The notes beneath the pieces were generated by a model that saw only the letters and a program-made list of their open reading frames with translations, did no database searches and was not told where the DNA came from. Below, piece after piece: positions 34,946-48,400 of a stretch of DNA of 64,000 bases. The position numbers and the translations under genes are program-made. This DNA is from a virus (Duplodnaviria; Caudoviricetes): the IMG/VR virus record IMGVR_UViG_3300025000_000057, one strand, 5' to 3'. Numbering within the stretch: position 1 is the stretch's first letter; each line of letters starts with the position of its first letter.

Positions 34946-37267
34946 TTACCACCCTGCCTTTAGTGCTGTGATAATCCTACTATTATTTCTAAGGGTAACT
35001 CTAACGTAAATTCTACCACCACAGTCTACAGTCGAGAGTCCTCCGAATGTAGCTGTTAAGGTAGCTTTGCCGCCAGAATAGCTAACACTTCCGCTCAACA
35101 TACCCCAGCCATCCTGACTCTTACCTGCTGAGGAATCGTATGGTTTGAGAGCATCTCCCCAACCGGATAAGTTCGGTAACTTGATTTCAATATTAATATC
35201 ACCTTGGCCAATCTGACCGAGTCCATTAGTTATACCTTCCAAAGTCATGACTACACTAGATTTACCACTTGCTGCCGCAAAGGCCCGACAATACTGTTGA
35301 TTACCTGTAAAACTACTGTAGTTTACTACGTTTTCTGGTAGGTTAGAAACAAAGTCCTTAACCGGGTATATCAAACCAGTTAGATAGCATTGAGCATTAC
35401 TATTTATTAAAGCAAGCGTGCTATCCCATTGATTCTTAATTGCATTATTGGTAACCTCGAAGTTAAAGTTGAGAGGAAGTCGATAAATCTCGTCACAGAA
35501 ATACTCTTGCGTATCATTACTTCTATTTCCATAAGTTGTAACCAGAATACCGTTAGATGACGTTTTCTTTATATCTTTATTACCATACGGATCTTGAACA
35601 GTTACCGTTACTAAAGCGTCTTCTGAAACAACATTTATCTTATCTAACTCTACAATCTCGCTAACTTCAAATACATCTGCAATTCCTGGTATACTTTGTG
35701 GATTTTGAATCCTAGTATTTAGACCAGGCATCTCTATTGTTCCTACTTGACTTGAATGATAAATACTCTTAAATACATTATCAGCTTTATAAGAGATATT
35801 AAACTTATCACCTATAGTATAATATTTAACACCACTTAGGTATCTACCCAAGATACTATGCTCTACAATAGTCGGCAATGTTGATACTACTATCGGTGTA
35901 TTATCAGTATCTATTCTCATCTGATAGATATCACCTTCTTGTTGTACAACAAGTTCTCTTTTAACCTGGATTGTGTGTATACCATCTCCAATATTAGTAT
36001 CGAGTTCTATTTGTGCCGATGCTATTTGCCATTTCTTAAAGTTATATTTCTTAACCCATAGTATTTTAAAGACACCACCGGTAAATGTAGCAGCACCTTC
36101 AAATAACGGAGATCCGTCACCGGTGAGATTGTACGTAGTTAAATCCTGCTCTCCGTTTCGATTATCTTCATTAAAGTTTGCTCCAAGGTCTATTGCAGCA
36201 ACCTTAGTATCATCGAGATAAAGACATATAAGCCCTGTATCTGCAAAGTTAAATGTAGGTATTGTCCAAATTCCTTTAGATGTAAGCACTACATCGTTTA
36301 CTATTTGGCCAGGTACTCTCCCGTCTTTATACCATTTGTCACTGGTTAAATCCTTTGGCAATTTGCCAGTATACTTTGTTGGCCCACCAAATAAAGATTT
36401 AGTCATGGGTTCTGCATTTTCGGGCGCAAGTGATAAAACAACTTCATTAAGGTCATCTAAAGCATTGGCTACGAATGTATCCGGCGTCCAGGTAGCTACA
36501 CCGTCAGACCAACTACCGTCTTGAGGACGACCTAATTTAATCGCATCGGCGGTTTCTTTCACAGTTATAACTTGTCCATCATCACTATCATCCGGCGGCT
36601 GTTCTGGATCGATTTCAATAGTTCCTTCACCCAATGGCATTCCGATCACACTCCCATCAGGTAGTGCAATAATACCTATGGTAGGATCCCACCATAGAAG
36701 AGCCCAGCTTTCTATGCGAGGACTATTTGTAAGAGCGGATCTAGATAATTCTGCTCTTATAATCAGAGTATTACCATCGGTAGAGATATGCTTTAATGGA
36801 TTACTGGAAGGATCTATATCAAAGTAATCTATACCGTTATTACTTATTTGAAATTTAACCAACGTTCCTTGTGGCGTATAATATTTAGTCAGTAAAATGA
36901 TATCGTTTACAGGTAACTTTGAGGGATTGATATAGGGCTTTGAATATACAAATCCAGTAAGTACTGAACTGTCCGGGTTTAATATTACAGCTCGCTCATT
37001 TTCGTCAAAGATAACTTCGTAACTACTGTATAAATCTATCCGGTCATCATTTTTAAATAAGTCAATCCATAAGATATTAACTGCCGGATGGTGCTCTAAA
37101 ACCATCTGGCAGTCTTGTTTAAAGTTATCGTCACGAATCTGAAATAAGATCCGTTGACTTTGCTCTTGTATATCTTGAATGATATTGATATCGGTAGCAG
37201 ATATATTTTGTTGTATATTATCAGCCTTAGGTGGTAACTTTATAAAACGATTAGGATCTAATGTCAT
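34946..37267 (-). CDS. Putative structural protein (773 aa)
   Basis: Start moved to ATG 37267 behind AAGGAG SD. Confidence 0.75.
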   Translation of the reverse strand: MTLDPNRFIKLPPKADNIQQNISATDINIIQDIQEQSQRILFQIRDDNFKQDCQMVLEHHPAVNILWIDLFKNDDRIDLYSSYEVIFDENERAVILNPDSSVLTGFVYSKPYINPSKLPVNDIILLTKYYTPQGTLVKFQISNNGIDYFDIDPSSNPLKHISTDGNTLIIRAELSRSALTNSPRIESWALLWWDPTIGIIALPDGSVIGMPLGEGTIEIDPEQPPDDSDDGQVITVKETADAIKLGRPQDGSWSDGVATWTPDTFVANALDDLNEVVLSLAPENAEPMTKSLFGGPTKYTGKLPKDLTSDKWYKDGRVPGQIVNDVVLTSKGIWTIPTFNFADTGLICLYLDDTKVAAIDLGANFNEDNRNGEQDLTTYNLTGDGSPLFEGAATFTGGVFKILWVKKYNFKKWQIASAQIELDTNIGDGIHTIQVKRELVVQQEGDIYQMRIDTDNTPIVVSTLPTIVEHSILGRYLSGVKYYTIGDKFNISYKADNVFKSIYHSSQVGTIEMPGLNTRIQNPQSIPGIADVFEVSEIVELDKINVVSEDALVTVTVQDPYGNKDIKKTSSNGILVTTYGNRSNDTQEYFCDEIYRLPLNFNFEVTNNAIKNQWDSTLALINSNAQCYLTGLIYPVKDFVSNLPENVVNYSSFTGNQQYCRAFAAASGKSSVVMTLEGITNGLGQIGQGDINIEIKLPNLSGWGDALKPYDSSAGKSQDGWGMLSGSVSYSGGKATLTATFGGLSTVDCGGRIYVRVTLRNNSRIITALKAGW

Positions 37268-37280
37268 TATTTTACACTCC

Positions 37281-39758
37281 TTATAGAGGTAAGCTCTTGA
37301 CGTTTTCAATAACAACCTGCTCTGGAGGTGTAATATCTCCAACTTCCGCAATGATAGTCGTTGGCATAGAATGCTTACCAGAGGTATCTACTGTAAAGAT
37401 ACTATAGGCGTATATTGTTAAGTCTTCGAGTCCCATATCGTTATAAACGATACTATCTTCGATAATCTCAGCTGCTGTAATTGCATCAGGATTATCGAAG
37501 GATGGAAATACATTATCATTTTCGTATACCTTACGTCGTATTACGATTTTACTAACTCCGCAGTGAACGGTTACCGGGCCTACAGCTGCGCCTGGTAGAG
37601 ATTCTTGCCCAGCAGAGTTAACGAGTTTTACTCTATATTGTGAAGATTGAGCAAGTCTATCTAACGTGACAGCATTCCAACGAAGCTGTACATTAATGAG
37701 ACCTTGACCGTCTAAAGATGTTACATCAACATCAAGATTGCTAACAGGTTCTGGATTTAAATTACCAGGCTCGTCAGTAAAGACTCGTTGGTTATTGTAT
37801 TTTACAAGTCCCCAGTCTCCATTATCATCCAGTTTCTCAAGTTTATACGGAGTTTCGGGATGTAGTTGCATAATCCGTCCAGCTACCTCATCGGAAGGAA
37901 CTGATTCATTACCACTCTTATCAAAGGCTATCCAGGAGAAATAGTAATCAGTACCCATGTCCGGTGGCTCGTCAAACTTCACAATCAATTGACCGGTTAT
38001 TCCATTAGATTCGATGGTAGTATTAATAGGTGGTAATAGTTGTGAATCATCTATAGGTTCCGGGCCATAATAAATAACTCCGGGTTGTAAAACGGAGCAA
38101 TCTAAAGCATTCACTCCGTCGAAAGTATAACTAGCTTTGACAATATCTCTTTCTCCGGCTGTAATAGTAAATATTCCATTCTTTAAATCTATTTCAAAAT
38201 CGGTTACGTCCACGTCATTTACCTTAACAGCAATAGCTCTATCACTTAAAATATTACCATGCAGTGAATACCATTTGTTATCTCTATAGATAAGTTTTTC
38301 ATTTGTGATAGTAATGGGGTTTATATTCTCTGGTTGCAAAACTTCCATTACCTTGATAGGAAATGCATTAAACTTACTGCGGCGCATTATTCGATACCCT
38401 TTAACATCGACATCGGTACATCTATCGATTGTTAATTTAAAGGAGCCGGCCTTTACCACGTTAATATGAATTACCTTGGATAATCCATTGTAAACAACTG
38501 TAATATTAGTAGCACCAACAACTAATCCTATAATTTGTCCACCCTCGATAGTAACAATACCTTCTACAGAAGAGACCCAAGTAGCGGTATTAGTTACCTC
38601 TACAATACTTTGGTCGGAGTAGATAACAGAGGCTTTATATTGTACAGATTTATTAATATATATTATAGATACATCGGGCGCAATGATAAGCTCTACGGGT
38701 ATGGCAGGGGTAACTACAATAGGTATAGTTCCGGAAACGTTATTGTAAGTAGCAGTTATCGTAGCGTTACCGGTTGCTACACCTTTTACAACTCCTGTAT
38801 TAGATATAGTAGTAATAGAAACGCTACTTGAATTATATAAAGCCTCTCGTGTAATATCAGAGATACGTCCATCTGAATACTTACATCTTACGACTAGTTG
38901 AGCAAATGTACCAGCTACGATAGTGGATTTGTCGATTGTAACTGTAACTTCATCTATTATGGCTGGCGTTACTGCCATAGGTATTGTAATTTGTTTATCC
39001 TCGTAATTGACGATAATAGCTGCGGTACCTTCTCCTACAGCAGATATCAAACCTATGTTAGATACATTTAATACAGCATAGTCTGTAGAATTATAAGTAA
39101 CGAAGTTAGTAAGATTCTCTGTACTACCATCTGATTTGGTAGCTGTTATTATTAATTGTCGTTGATGACCGATAGGCAAGGTAGTCGCTCCAGCATCACT
39201 TGCAATGGAGTCGATTACAGGATCGAGAACTATTACGGTAATAACCGCCGTTAAAGAATTGTAAGATACTGTTACGGTCGCGCTACCTACCTTTGCAAGG
39301 GTAATTCTATTCCCGGATATAGTAGCTATTTCAGGATCGTTAATACTAAGTGTAGCCAGGGTGGTTATATCAACAACCGTACCATCAGACATATTGGCAG
39401 TAACCGTAACGAGTTCGGTACGTCCTTTTGGTAATTCTATTTCTTGTACCGAGGTGCTAATAGAATCCATGATAGCCTCGGTTACCTCTACAGGAACCTC
39501 CCTAGTAAGTCCGCTATTAGATACTGTAATGAAGGTCGAACCAACAGAAAGACCCTGTACTAAGCCCGTAACGGACACGATCGCTATAGCAATATTTGAA
39601 CTACTATATACAGAAGTCTCTGTAGCTTCACTTAATGTACCATCATCCATTTCTAACATTACAGATATCTGCTCGGTCTTACCCGCAGGTACACTGATAC
39701 CTACAGGTTCGACTAGAATATTACCGGGTGCGATTGCTATTTTAAATTCATCAGACAC
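37281..39758 (-). CDS. Ig-like (Big_2) repeat and FN3-containing virion protein (825 aa)
   Basis: About five repeats of A.Y.SS...IA.V...G.V.G...G.T.ITV.Y; FN3-like C-terminal strands. Confidence 0.85.
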   Translation of the reverse strand: MSDEFKIAIAPGNILVEPVGISVPAGKTEQISVMLEMDDGTLSEATETSVYSSSNIAIAIVSVTGLVQGLSVGSTFITVSNSGLTREVPVEVTEAIMDSISTSVQEIELPKGRTELVTVTANMSDGTVVDITTLATLSINDPEIATISGNRITLAKVGSATVTVSYNSLTAVITVIVLDPVIDSIASDAGATTLPIGHQRQLIITATKSDGSTENLTNFVTYNSTDYAVLNVSNIGLISAVGEGTAAIIVNYEDKQITIPMAVTPAIIDEVTVTIDKSTIVAGTFAQLVVRCKYSDGRISDITREALYNSSSVSITTISNTGVVKGVATGNATITATYNNVSGTIPIVVTPAIPVELIIAPDVSIIYINKSVQYKASVIYSDQSIVEVTNTATWVSSVEGIVTIEGGQIIGLVVGATNITVVYNGLSKVIHINVVKAGSFKLTIDRCTDVDVKGYRIMRRSKFNAFPIKVMEVLQPENINPITITNEKLIYRDNKWYSLHGNILSDRAIAVKVNDVDVTDFEIDLKNGIFTITAGERDIVKASYTFDGVNALDCSVLQPGVIYYGPEPIDDSQLLPPINTTIESNGITGQLIVKFDEPPDMGTDYYFSWIAFDKSGNESVPSDEVAGRIMQLHPETPYKLEKLDDNGDWGLVKYNNQRVFTDEPGNLNPEPVSNLDVDVTSLDGQGLINVQLRWNAVTLDRLAQSSQYRVKLVNSAGQESLPGAAVGPVTVHCGVSKIVIRRKVYENDNVFPSFDNPDAITAAEIIEDSIVYNDMGLEDLTIYAYSIFTVDTSGKHSMPTTIIAEVGDITPPEQVVIENVKSLPL

Positions 39759-39770
39759 AGCTTTACCTCC

Positions 39771-42446
39771 TTAGAAGTTGTTTACGATTTCTATATTCGG
39801 GTGTCCGGGTAGCGTTACCGTTTTACTAACGTTAATATTGTCTATATTTAAGTGACTGGGTTTCTCTATTACTATTGAAGATATAATTATTCTTTCGTTA
39901 TCATTAACCGTAACATGTAATGGTTTAACGACTCCGGTTAACTCATCACTTAATATAATATTCGGATGTGTGGGTTTCTCTAAAATGATCTCTTGACGAT
40001 CGACATATTCGATAATCGGTAATGTTCCCCAGGCTATATACTTATGAACAACGGTTTCAACATTCTCTTCTGATAACTTTCCACCATATTTCTTAAGTAC
40101 CTGTTTGGGCACTCTAATTACCCCTATACCTGATTCCATATAAGGTTGTCCATCTAGTCGACCAATATCCCAGTAATACTCAGACGCAGGTTCTATCTCA
40201 AGAGCCTTATCTATAAGTTCAGGTTTGATACCGCCTCCTCTTGTTCTAGTATCTACGATAGATAATCCTTTACTAGTAAGGTGAGGTCTTATACTAATCA
40301 TGCCTATAAGAGTCGCTGTAGGTACATTAAGTGGTTCGAAACTATGCAACAAACTATTTGGATTGTAGCTTCCCGGAATTAACTGATCATTTTCATCGAG
40401 CCGGCCGGCCGGATTAAGATAAATATATATAGTCTTGTTAAGTAATTTGAAAGTTTCTATGGTTTTGTATTTATTATCAACCCCTACAATACTACAGGTA
40501 TGACCAACACCCGGATTCAAATCCAGGAACCAATAATTATTGTGTTCATCGGTAAAACCCTTATAAGTAAGACAAGTTTCCTTATAGTAATAGAAGGCTT
40601 CAACCTGATCTGTCTCCATAATAATACTCTCTAATTCGATAATACCACGTTCCGGGTCTATATCGATAATACCAACAGACTTATCATTAATCTTTATCAC
40701 TACAGGAGCGAGCTCATTAATAAGTATTGGAATCTTTTTTACTTTGATAGTGTACTTATTTTCTATGATGGGTCTTTCATGGTCTACTTTGGCGTAAGGT
40801 TTACCAAACCCTGAATAAGGTTGTCGCTCATATTCCGGCAAGAAGTAAACGTAAGTATTCCGGTTCTCATCTATATCAAAGATAGTCCTTTTAAACATAC
40901 CTCGTTGGATACGAACGTACCAACTCTCAAAAGGCCCTTCTTCTAGCGGTGGTAATAGTTTAATACGCTGACAATCAATAGACTTAACAGCATATGTGGA
41001 TGCGTAATAATGATAATTAGCTCTCGATACTGCGTATAGAATGATATTGTTATTGATAGTTTGATACGAGAAATGAATATTACCATTGTCTCCAAATATC
41101 AATCTACCACCCGAGTCTGCTACAAACATATCTACCATAGGTATTGTCTTATCCGGGTTAGCCAGGTATTTAACGTTTACAGAGCATGTGTTTAGTTCTG
41201 TTTCGGTAAGATTTAAGAAACCAAAGATATTCTTAAAATTGGTCACCTCTATTTGACCGAGAGACTTTTTAATATTTATAGTAAATGACCTTTGTCGGTA
41301 CACCAGATCGTTATAAACAAGTTCGACAATGAAAGAACATTCCTGCTCCTTATCTTCTACGAAAGTATTGTATTCACCAGTTATATTTACCTTACCGGTA
41401 TCCTGAGTAGTAGTTGCGTATAAGGGCCCTAATCCATCCGGTCTTGTCTTAACCCTTACTTCTGGATTATCACATATAGCAGTATAAGTATAAATAGCAC
41501 TTTCAAGATCTCTATACGCGCTCGGTACGTACGGATTTATCAAATCTTTTGCAGCTCTACTGGTAATTATCTTATCGTTGCGATTATATTCAGTCAGTTC
41601 TCCGGGTAATAACGACTTCTTATTTAACACTTCTGCGTAATAAGAAGGTGTAAAGAACACCTTTGTCTCTGCGTTTACCTGAACCTCAAGACGGATACTA
41701 TAATGAAACTGTTGAGGTTTTCGTACTTCTTTGATTATTTCGTTTGGTACATATACTCTACTGGTATTAAACTCGTCGCCATTTGTCCTGCAATAAACTC
41801 TATCCCAGGGAGATGCGCTCATAACTTCGTCAATACTCATTTGCTCGAATATACGAGTTTGCTTACATAATTCTTTATACCCGGTATAAGTTGCTTTGGT
41901 ATTATCAATTCGAAGATCAATAGCATCGTACCTAACATATACCTTTTCTTCTGTCTCAAGATATACATCTGCATAGTAAAGGTTACGTTTATTAGATACC
42001 GGTAGAATCTTTACAAGCCACTTAGTACTAAGTGGAAAATCGTATTTATTAATTAACTGAATAGAACTACCCGTGTAGAATCCTGCATTATCAGGTGGCT
42101 TTTGACTGTATATATAATACTTGAGCCTATGCTTATAAAATAAAGGTATCCCATCTTTAAATATATCAGTGATTAGAATATCCTGCCCGGGAATAATATT
42201 CTTTCCTGCAAGATTGCACAACGTACTTGTTTTGTCTGGCCACATGATTATAGGATTTAGATTGTCAATATTCCCGGTGCCAGGTTCGTCTATATCAACT
42301 ATCTTAATATTCTTACTTACAGAAGGGAGTGGCGCATAAGCATAAGCGAGGTTAACCGCGCCGGCCGGTACCGAAGTACCGGCTCGAATGCGTGGTATTT
42401 TAGTACCTTCGACGTATTTCTCATGTTCCTTAGTCTGCCAGTACAT
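39771..42446 (-). CDS. Putative structural protein (891 aa)
   Basis: Long ORF with GGAGG SD; no family recognised. Confidence 0.75.
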   Translation of the reverse strand: MYWQTKEHEKYVEGTKIPRIRAGTSVPAGAVNLAYAYAPLPSVSKNIKIVDIDEPGTGNIDNLNPIIMWPDKTSTLCNLAGKNIIPGQDILITDIFKDGIPLFYKHRLKYYIYSQKPPDNAGFYTGSSIQLINKYDFPLSTKWLVKILPVSNKRNLYYADVYLETEEKVYVRYDAIDLRIDNTKATYTGYKELCKQTRIFEQMSIDEVMSASPWDRVYCRTNGDEFNTSRVYVPNEIIKEVRKPQQFHYSIRLEVQVNAETKVFFTPSYYAEVLNKKSLLPGELTEYNRNDKIITSRAAKDLINPYVPSAYRDLESAIYTYTAICDNPEVRVKTRPDGLGPLYATTTQDTGKVNITGEYNTFVEDKEQECSFIVELVYNDLVYRQRSFTINIKKSLGQIEVTNFKNIFGFLNLTETELNTCSVNVKYLANPDKTIPMVDMFVADSGGRLIFGDNGNIHFSYQTINNNIILYAVSRANYHYYASTYAVKSIDCQRIKLLPPLEEGPFESWYVRIQRGMFKRTIFDIDENRNTYVYFLPEYERQPYSGFGKPYAKVDHERPIIENKYTIKVKKIPILINELAPVVIKINDKSVGIIDIDPERGIIELESIIMETDQVEAFYYYKETCLTYKGFTDEHNNYWFLDLNPGVGHTCSIVGVDNKYKTIETFKLLNKTIYIYLNPAGRLDENDQLIPGSYNPNSLLHSFEPLNVPTATLIGMISIRPHLTSKGLSIVDTRTRGGGIKPELIDKALEIEPASEYYWDIGRLDGQPYMESGIGVIRVPKQVLKKYGGKLSEENVETVVHKYIAWGTLPIIEYVDRQEIILEKPTHPNIILSDELTGVVKPLHVTVNDNERIIISSIVIEKPSHLNIDNINVSKTVTLPGHPNIEIVNNF

Positions 42447-42457
42447 TATATACCTCC

Positions 42458-45400
42458 TTAAACTACGTACATCACAAAGGATGTAATAAGATTATCTTTA
42501 ATTGCTTTTATTAGTAACTTCTTATTCTTATTCGGTATAGTTTCGTAAGGTATCTCTACACCTACCTTACCACTAACTAACTGATATATGTGTATCTTAT
42601 TACCTATGACAACTTTAATATCGCCATTTAACGGTTGATAATTACCATCAGTTCCTGTAATGGTTAGTGTAGCAACTCCACTACTTAAAATAGATGGCCC
42701 AGTAATTATCAACTTACCAGTGATAGCTTCCGGAGAAAGCTTTACGACTTTAGAAGTTTCTACTCCTGTAGCATGAGCCTTTATTACTATTTGCTTAGCT
42801 TGGGTTATAACCTTTGATGGTACGATGTACTTAGCAATTGCTACTCCGTTAAAGTTTGTTTCTGTATTAGCCGGTGTAACAACACCATCGGTACTTGTAA
42901 ATGATACGGGTTCGTGAGGTATTGGATTTCCAAACTCGTCACGAACTATGGCAAATATACTTGCCTGGTCTATACCATTACCCAGGAGAGTATCTGGCGA
43001 AACATGTATATCTATCGTAGTAGGTACCGGTATCCTATCGCTGATAAATAAGAATCTACCTTCTTCTATGCTCATAATAGGATTTAAGTTTACTTCTTCG
43101 GCCTTATAGTACGATGACCAGTTATTAGTCTCGTAATATACCTTGATTTTACGGTCTAGACCTAACACGGGATCGTAAACTTTTATCTTAATCAGGTCGT
43201 TTTCGGGTTTGTAGTTATAATCGACATAGAAACTACCCGTTAAACAATACCGAACCCGGATTTTTGTATTTTCACTTACCTTGTACGCCAGCCATATTAT
43301 ACTGTCGTATAATATTACATCTTCGATATCGACCGACTCCCACTTATCAAAGCCAGTCCAATCTATGGCAATATCTAGACTATTAGGATCTATACCCATG
43401 TGAGCTAGATCGACCCTATTAGTACCATCACCGATTATAATTTCAGTATTTATAAGGGTAGGCTTACCGTCACTATCGGTAAAGAACACTTGGCGTAACG
43501 GTTCTTCTCTATTATCGTAGACTACAATAGGAGCCCCTTGTCTAGGTACAGGATATACCTCGATTTCGTTAGCCGTATCTAAAACAAAGTTATCAGTTAT
43601 CGTTACATCAATCTTCCTAACTTCTTTGATAGCAGCGTGTACAGATGTTGTACCATTGCTATCATATCTAAATTCGACTCCGACTGGGCCAAAGACTCTG
43701 TATCTACGGACATTTTCGTACTCAGCTTCATTTAGATAGATATACTCATCCACCATTTGCTTTAAGGTTTTACCCTCTGTTATATCATAGAACAAACCAT
43801 CTGTTTTTAAAGCAGCTGATTTATTAATCTTAACATCTGTCGGATAAATACCTTGAGGTCTGGATAACTCGATCCGTACACTACCGATATAGGGTGGGAA
43901 GATATCTTCCATAGTAGCTACAGCACCTAGTACTATCCGTTCAATAACAGGAGCTTGTCTTCCATCTCCTTTCCTGGCTACAACCTTCCACTTAATATAT
44001 GGTTCTTGAGTGGATTTGATAAACCCTGTTACATCGTCTACCAGTACCCATTCATTCCATGGGCCCATAATACTCGAACTTGTTGAGGTATTTAATTCGA
44101 GTATAGAGCCTTCGGGCACCCATCCATCGATCCATAGTATATCCCACTTATGAATAAACTTTGATAAGCTCTCAGACGATATTGGGTTAGATATTAGTAC
44201 CATATCTGATAGTAAATCTTGTGCAGTGATATAACCCTCATCGTTAATTACAACATTATGGCACTCTATATCTGAAAGCATATTTCCGTCCCAGGCAAAC
44301 TCTGTATTGTTTGGTACCTGGATAGTACCTTGCTGCATAATGAGCCTATATTGAATTTCTGTACCCATTGGTACCAATGGTTTTGTACCATTAGCGATTA
44401 AATACCAATTACTAATTTCACCATTAACCTTAAACCTAACTTCTGTGTTAAGGCTACCTTGTGGAATATAACCTTTAGCTTCGAAGTATTTCCATTCTTG
44501 AATACCACTACTTACCGATATCCAATCGGACGTGAAGATACCTGCTTGCCACCCGGTATTAGATTGATTCAAGGTTAGGGATTTATTCTCGTTATTTATA
44601 ATAACTCCGCCAGTCGTAACTCCTGCAGCAAAGTTCTCTACTACGTGTCCTATAACTTGACTGTCAGCATTTTGCTCTGCATCTGTTTCAAATATAATTT
44701 CCAGTTTGATACTCTCAGTATCAAACTCTTTAATAACAATAGGTTTAGCCTCGGGTCTTGTATCTACAAATAGATAATATTCATCACTACCAAGATAATA
44801 GTAACCCGACTTAATTAACGGATTCCATCTACCTAATTCAGGTATTATTGTTTTCAAGTTAAGGTAGTAAGTACGCCAGCCGGGTTCTGATTCATCAATA
44901 TGATCTATCTCGAATTCGATATTCGGGTCGTCCGTATTTAAATTAATATCAAAGTCTTCGCCAGGGTAACTGGGAATACGAATTCTAATCAATCCGTTTT
45001 CCCACGATATATCGGTACCTCCTGGTAGGTTCTGTCCGCCCGGCGATATCCATGGTTTAACGGGTGCGTATATAGAACCGGGCGCTACCGGTGTCGTATA
45101 GTAACCGCCAGAATAACTTCCGCCGCCAGGGTAACCTCCAGGATAAGCCCCGGGATAATTACCAGGGTAACCTCCTGGATAACCTATCCCTCCTGGATAG
45201 CTACCGGTACCGCCGCCTATAGCACCTCCTGGATAACTACCCCCAATAGAACCGCCTATACTACCTCCGCCAATTCCATAACTGTCAAAACCGGCCGCAC
45301 AACCGCAACAATACATATTCTCTTTAGTTCTCTTTAAGATTTGTTCTACCCATGATTTTTCATAGCCATCTGGTTTTAACTCGATATGGTAATATTTAAT

Positions 45401-48400
45401 AGTAAAAGATTCTCCATTTACAGGTACCGTGTTGTAGTTATTATAATTATTCCAGAAGAATTCAAGATTGATATCTGGTAATACGATGTCAGGAAACATA
45501 ACACCGTATTTTACATTAAACCAATTATTCAATGGTTCTGGTGCATTACATACACCTTCAAATGGTACCCAACCACTTCCGTTTTGATTAAATGGTTCTA
45601 ATCCATTTATCCTTGCAACTTTAACATCTGATTTCAATATTCCTGTTTCAATTCTTGAGACTTCCTCTACATGGGCGATTATACTTTCAGTAGGTAGTAC
45701 CCGTCGGTAAGCACTGCTTAACGGTACATTCGGGTTACTTATACTAGTAAACGCGATCCCCCCATAAGAAGACGCAACCGCGACGCTATACTCAACATTT
45801 ACATCTAAACTCCATGGTATAGTAACCTGGTCTTTAACTACGTACTCTACTTCTATAGGTTCACTAGAAGCTAAATTAATCTCATTAGTAACGGCACCTG
45901 GTAAGTTTCTAAACCATATAGATGCTATAACACCGGTAAATAATGTACTTAAGTCAACCTGATTATCGGCCGCCCAGGATAATAAACCTAATCCATTACT
46001 ATCTTGTATATGAGCACTCCATTTAACTACCTCTTCTCCGCTATATACCTCTCCTGTACTATTCACAAGACTTATACCATTACTGGTAAAGACATGCACA
46101 ATACCGTCTTCATCTCGTTTAGCTTTACATTCTACACCGGTAGCTTGTCCGGTATATGTGCCGATACCATCGTACCATATCTCAAGTGGACTAGAATTAT
46201 TAGGATCCCAGATACCTTCAGGATCTGGAACTGGCTGAATAGTATCGAACTTTAATTTCCTTCTTCCCCACTCTGTACTTCCTATTGCGATAGTGTAGCT
46301 GAGCGGTTTCGCAAAGGGATAATATATAGGAGAATTATTATACCAGTCTATAAACAATTCAGTTAAGGTATTAATACTTACATTCAATGGATTGTCACTT
46401 GTACTATCCGGTGTAATAATAATATCCTTATCCAGGATTACTGGGTAAGTATGTTGATAATTACTGACAAACGTTTCGTGAGTTGTCCATACAGTAACCC
46501 GTTCAGTTTCATCTAATTTCCAGAATACGTCAACCGGCATTCTTGGTGTAAGGGTAACATCTACTAACTCTAATGGTGAGATATTAAAATTAGGGTAACT
46601 TGCCTTTAATGCCGCAAGAGCCTTTTCATTTATATGTCTACGTAATGAATGTCCTGTAATCTTGTGCAGCTGATTACACTTCGTAATCTCGGAATAGAAT
46701 GGGCCTACGTTTACGTTATACGTAGTAATACCATCACTACCGATCATATCAACGCTCCATGCAAATCTATATGGTACGTGACAACTATCTTTTTGTCCTG
46801 TGGTATAAGCCCATACGTAATCTTCATCCATAAAAACAACTACCATATCGTTATTTATACCATGACCATCTACCTTGATATTAGTAACAGTGTTTTGATC
46901 GATATCTGGAAATTCATTTGCAATGATCTCTTTAACAGTAATGCCAAATACATTAAGTGGCCCATTAATTTCACTTCCGAATAACGGGCCCACAGCAGGC
47001 CCTCGCCAATCATACACATCTGAAATAGTAGATACATAAGTTTTAACATGATGCTCTGGTACCTCGATTATATCTCCAGACCACCAACCAAGGACATTAT
47101 CACCGAAGAGACCGAAACTTAGTACGTCTTTCCGAGTCCAATTTAAGGTAACGCCTTTGACATTGAGCTTCATATACGATGGTATCGTTACTCCGACGCC
47201 GGCTGGTAAAGTAATGCTTGCTGGTACAGCAATAACTCTAACAAGTGTCGGCACAAGAGTAGTATCTACTGTAAACTCGAATGATACTTGAGTACCATTT
47301 GTACAAGTTCCGGTAATTCTAACGCTACCTCCGCTAATACAAGTAATATTACCGTATTCGTCAATAGAGATAATACCAGGTATATCACAATGCCAAACTA
47401 TTTGTTCTGTAGCGTTTGCAGGATAAATATTGACATAGTTGAATAAATTAACAGATTCTGTTATGTTACAATATATAGCTTCGTATTCAGTTTCGATATT
47501 CGTTATACCAATATACGGTATACTAACAACGCAAGTATCAGTATATTCACCATCTTCGGTTGTCGCTATTATAGTACAATAACCATACCAAGCTCCAGTT
47601 ACTATTCCATTATCATCAACAGTGGCTACGATTGGATTATCACTAGACCATCTGACATTCTTATTTGTAGCATTAGTAGGATATATTGTTGCAGTTAATG
47701 CTTGTGTTTCAAATCTAGATAAGGTAGCAATACCCGGTGCTACACTAATCCAGGTGACAGGAATCCTACTATCAACATTAATAAGAGAGCTATCAGTAAA
47801 TCCTCCATCATCGGTTCTTACAGTAACCAGGCATTCACCTGGGCCCGTAATATTAACTTTTCCCGAAACGGCAGAATCCGGAACTACTACGTTAGAATTA
47901 CTAGTCGACCATGTAATGCTTTTGTTTGTAGCATTAGAGGGCGATACGGTCGCCGTTAACATAACAGATGATTGACCAATATTGGTATCGATACGATCTG
48001 GTGTAAGAGTTATACCGGTTACATAAATAGCAGGAGTAACCGTTATGATTGACGAATCAGTAAGTCCACCATCATTAGTTCTTACAGTAATAGTACATTC
48101 ACCAGGGCCTATAATATTAATTCGTCCTGATACGTTAGGATCCGGAACTGCTACATTAGAGTTACTAGTCGACCATGTAACACTTCTATCAGCAGCATTA
48201 AAAGGAAGTATTCCTAAGCTTAACGTAATATAGGATTGATTCGATACCGTATCTACGTATTCCGGATTAATCCATACATTTGTAACATGTATTGTAGGGT
48301 CTACAATTGTTACAACTATTGAATCAGTAAGTCCTCCATCTTCTGTTGTACCTGTAATAATACATTGACCATAATTCCTTGCCGTAACACGACTATAATT

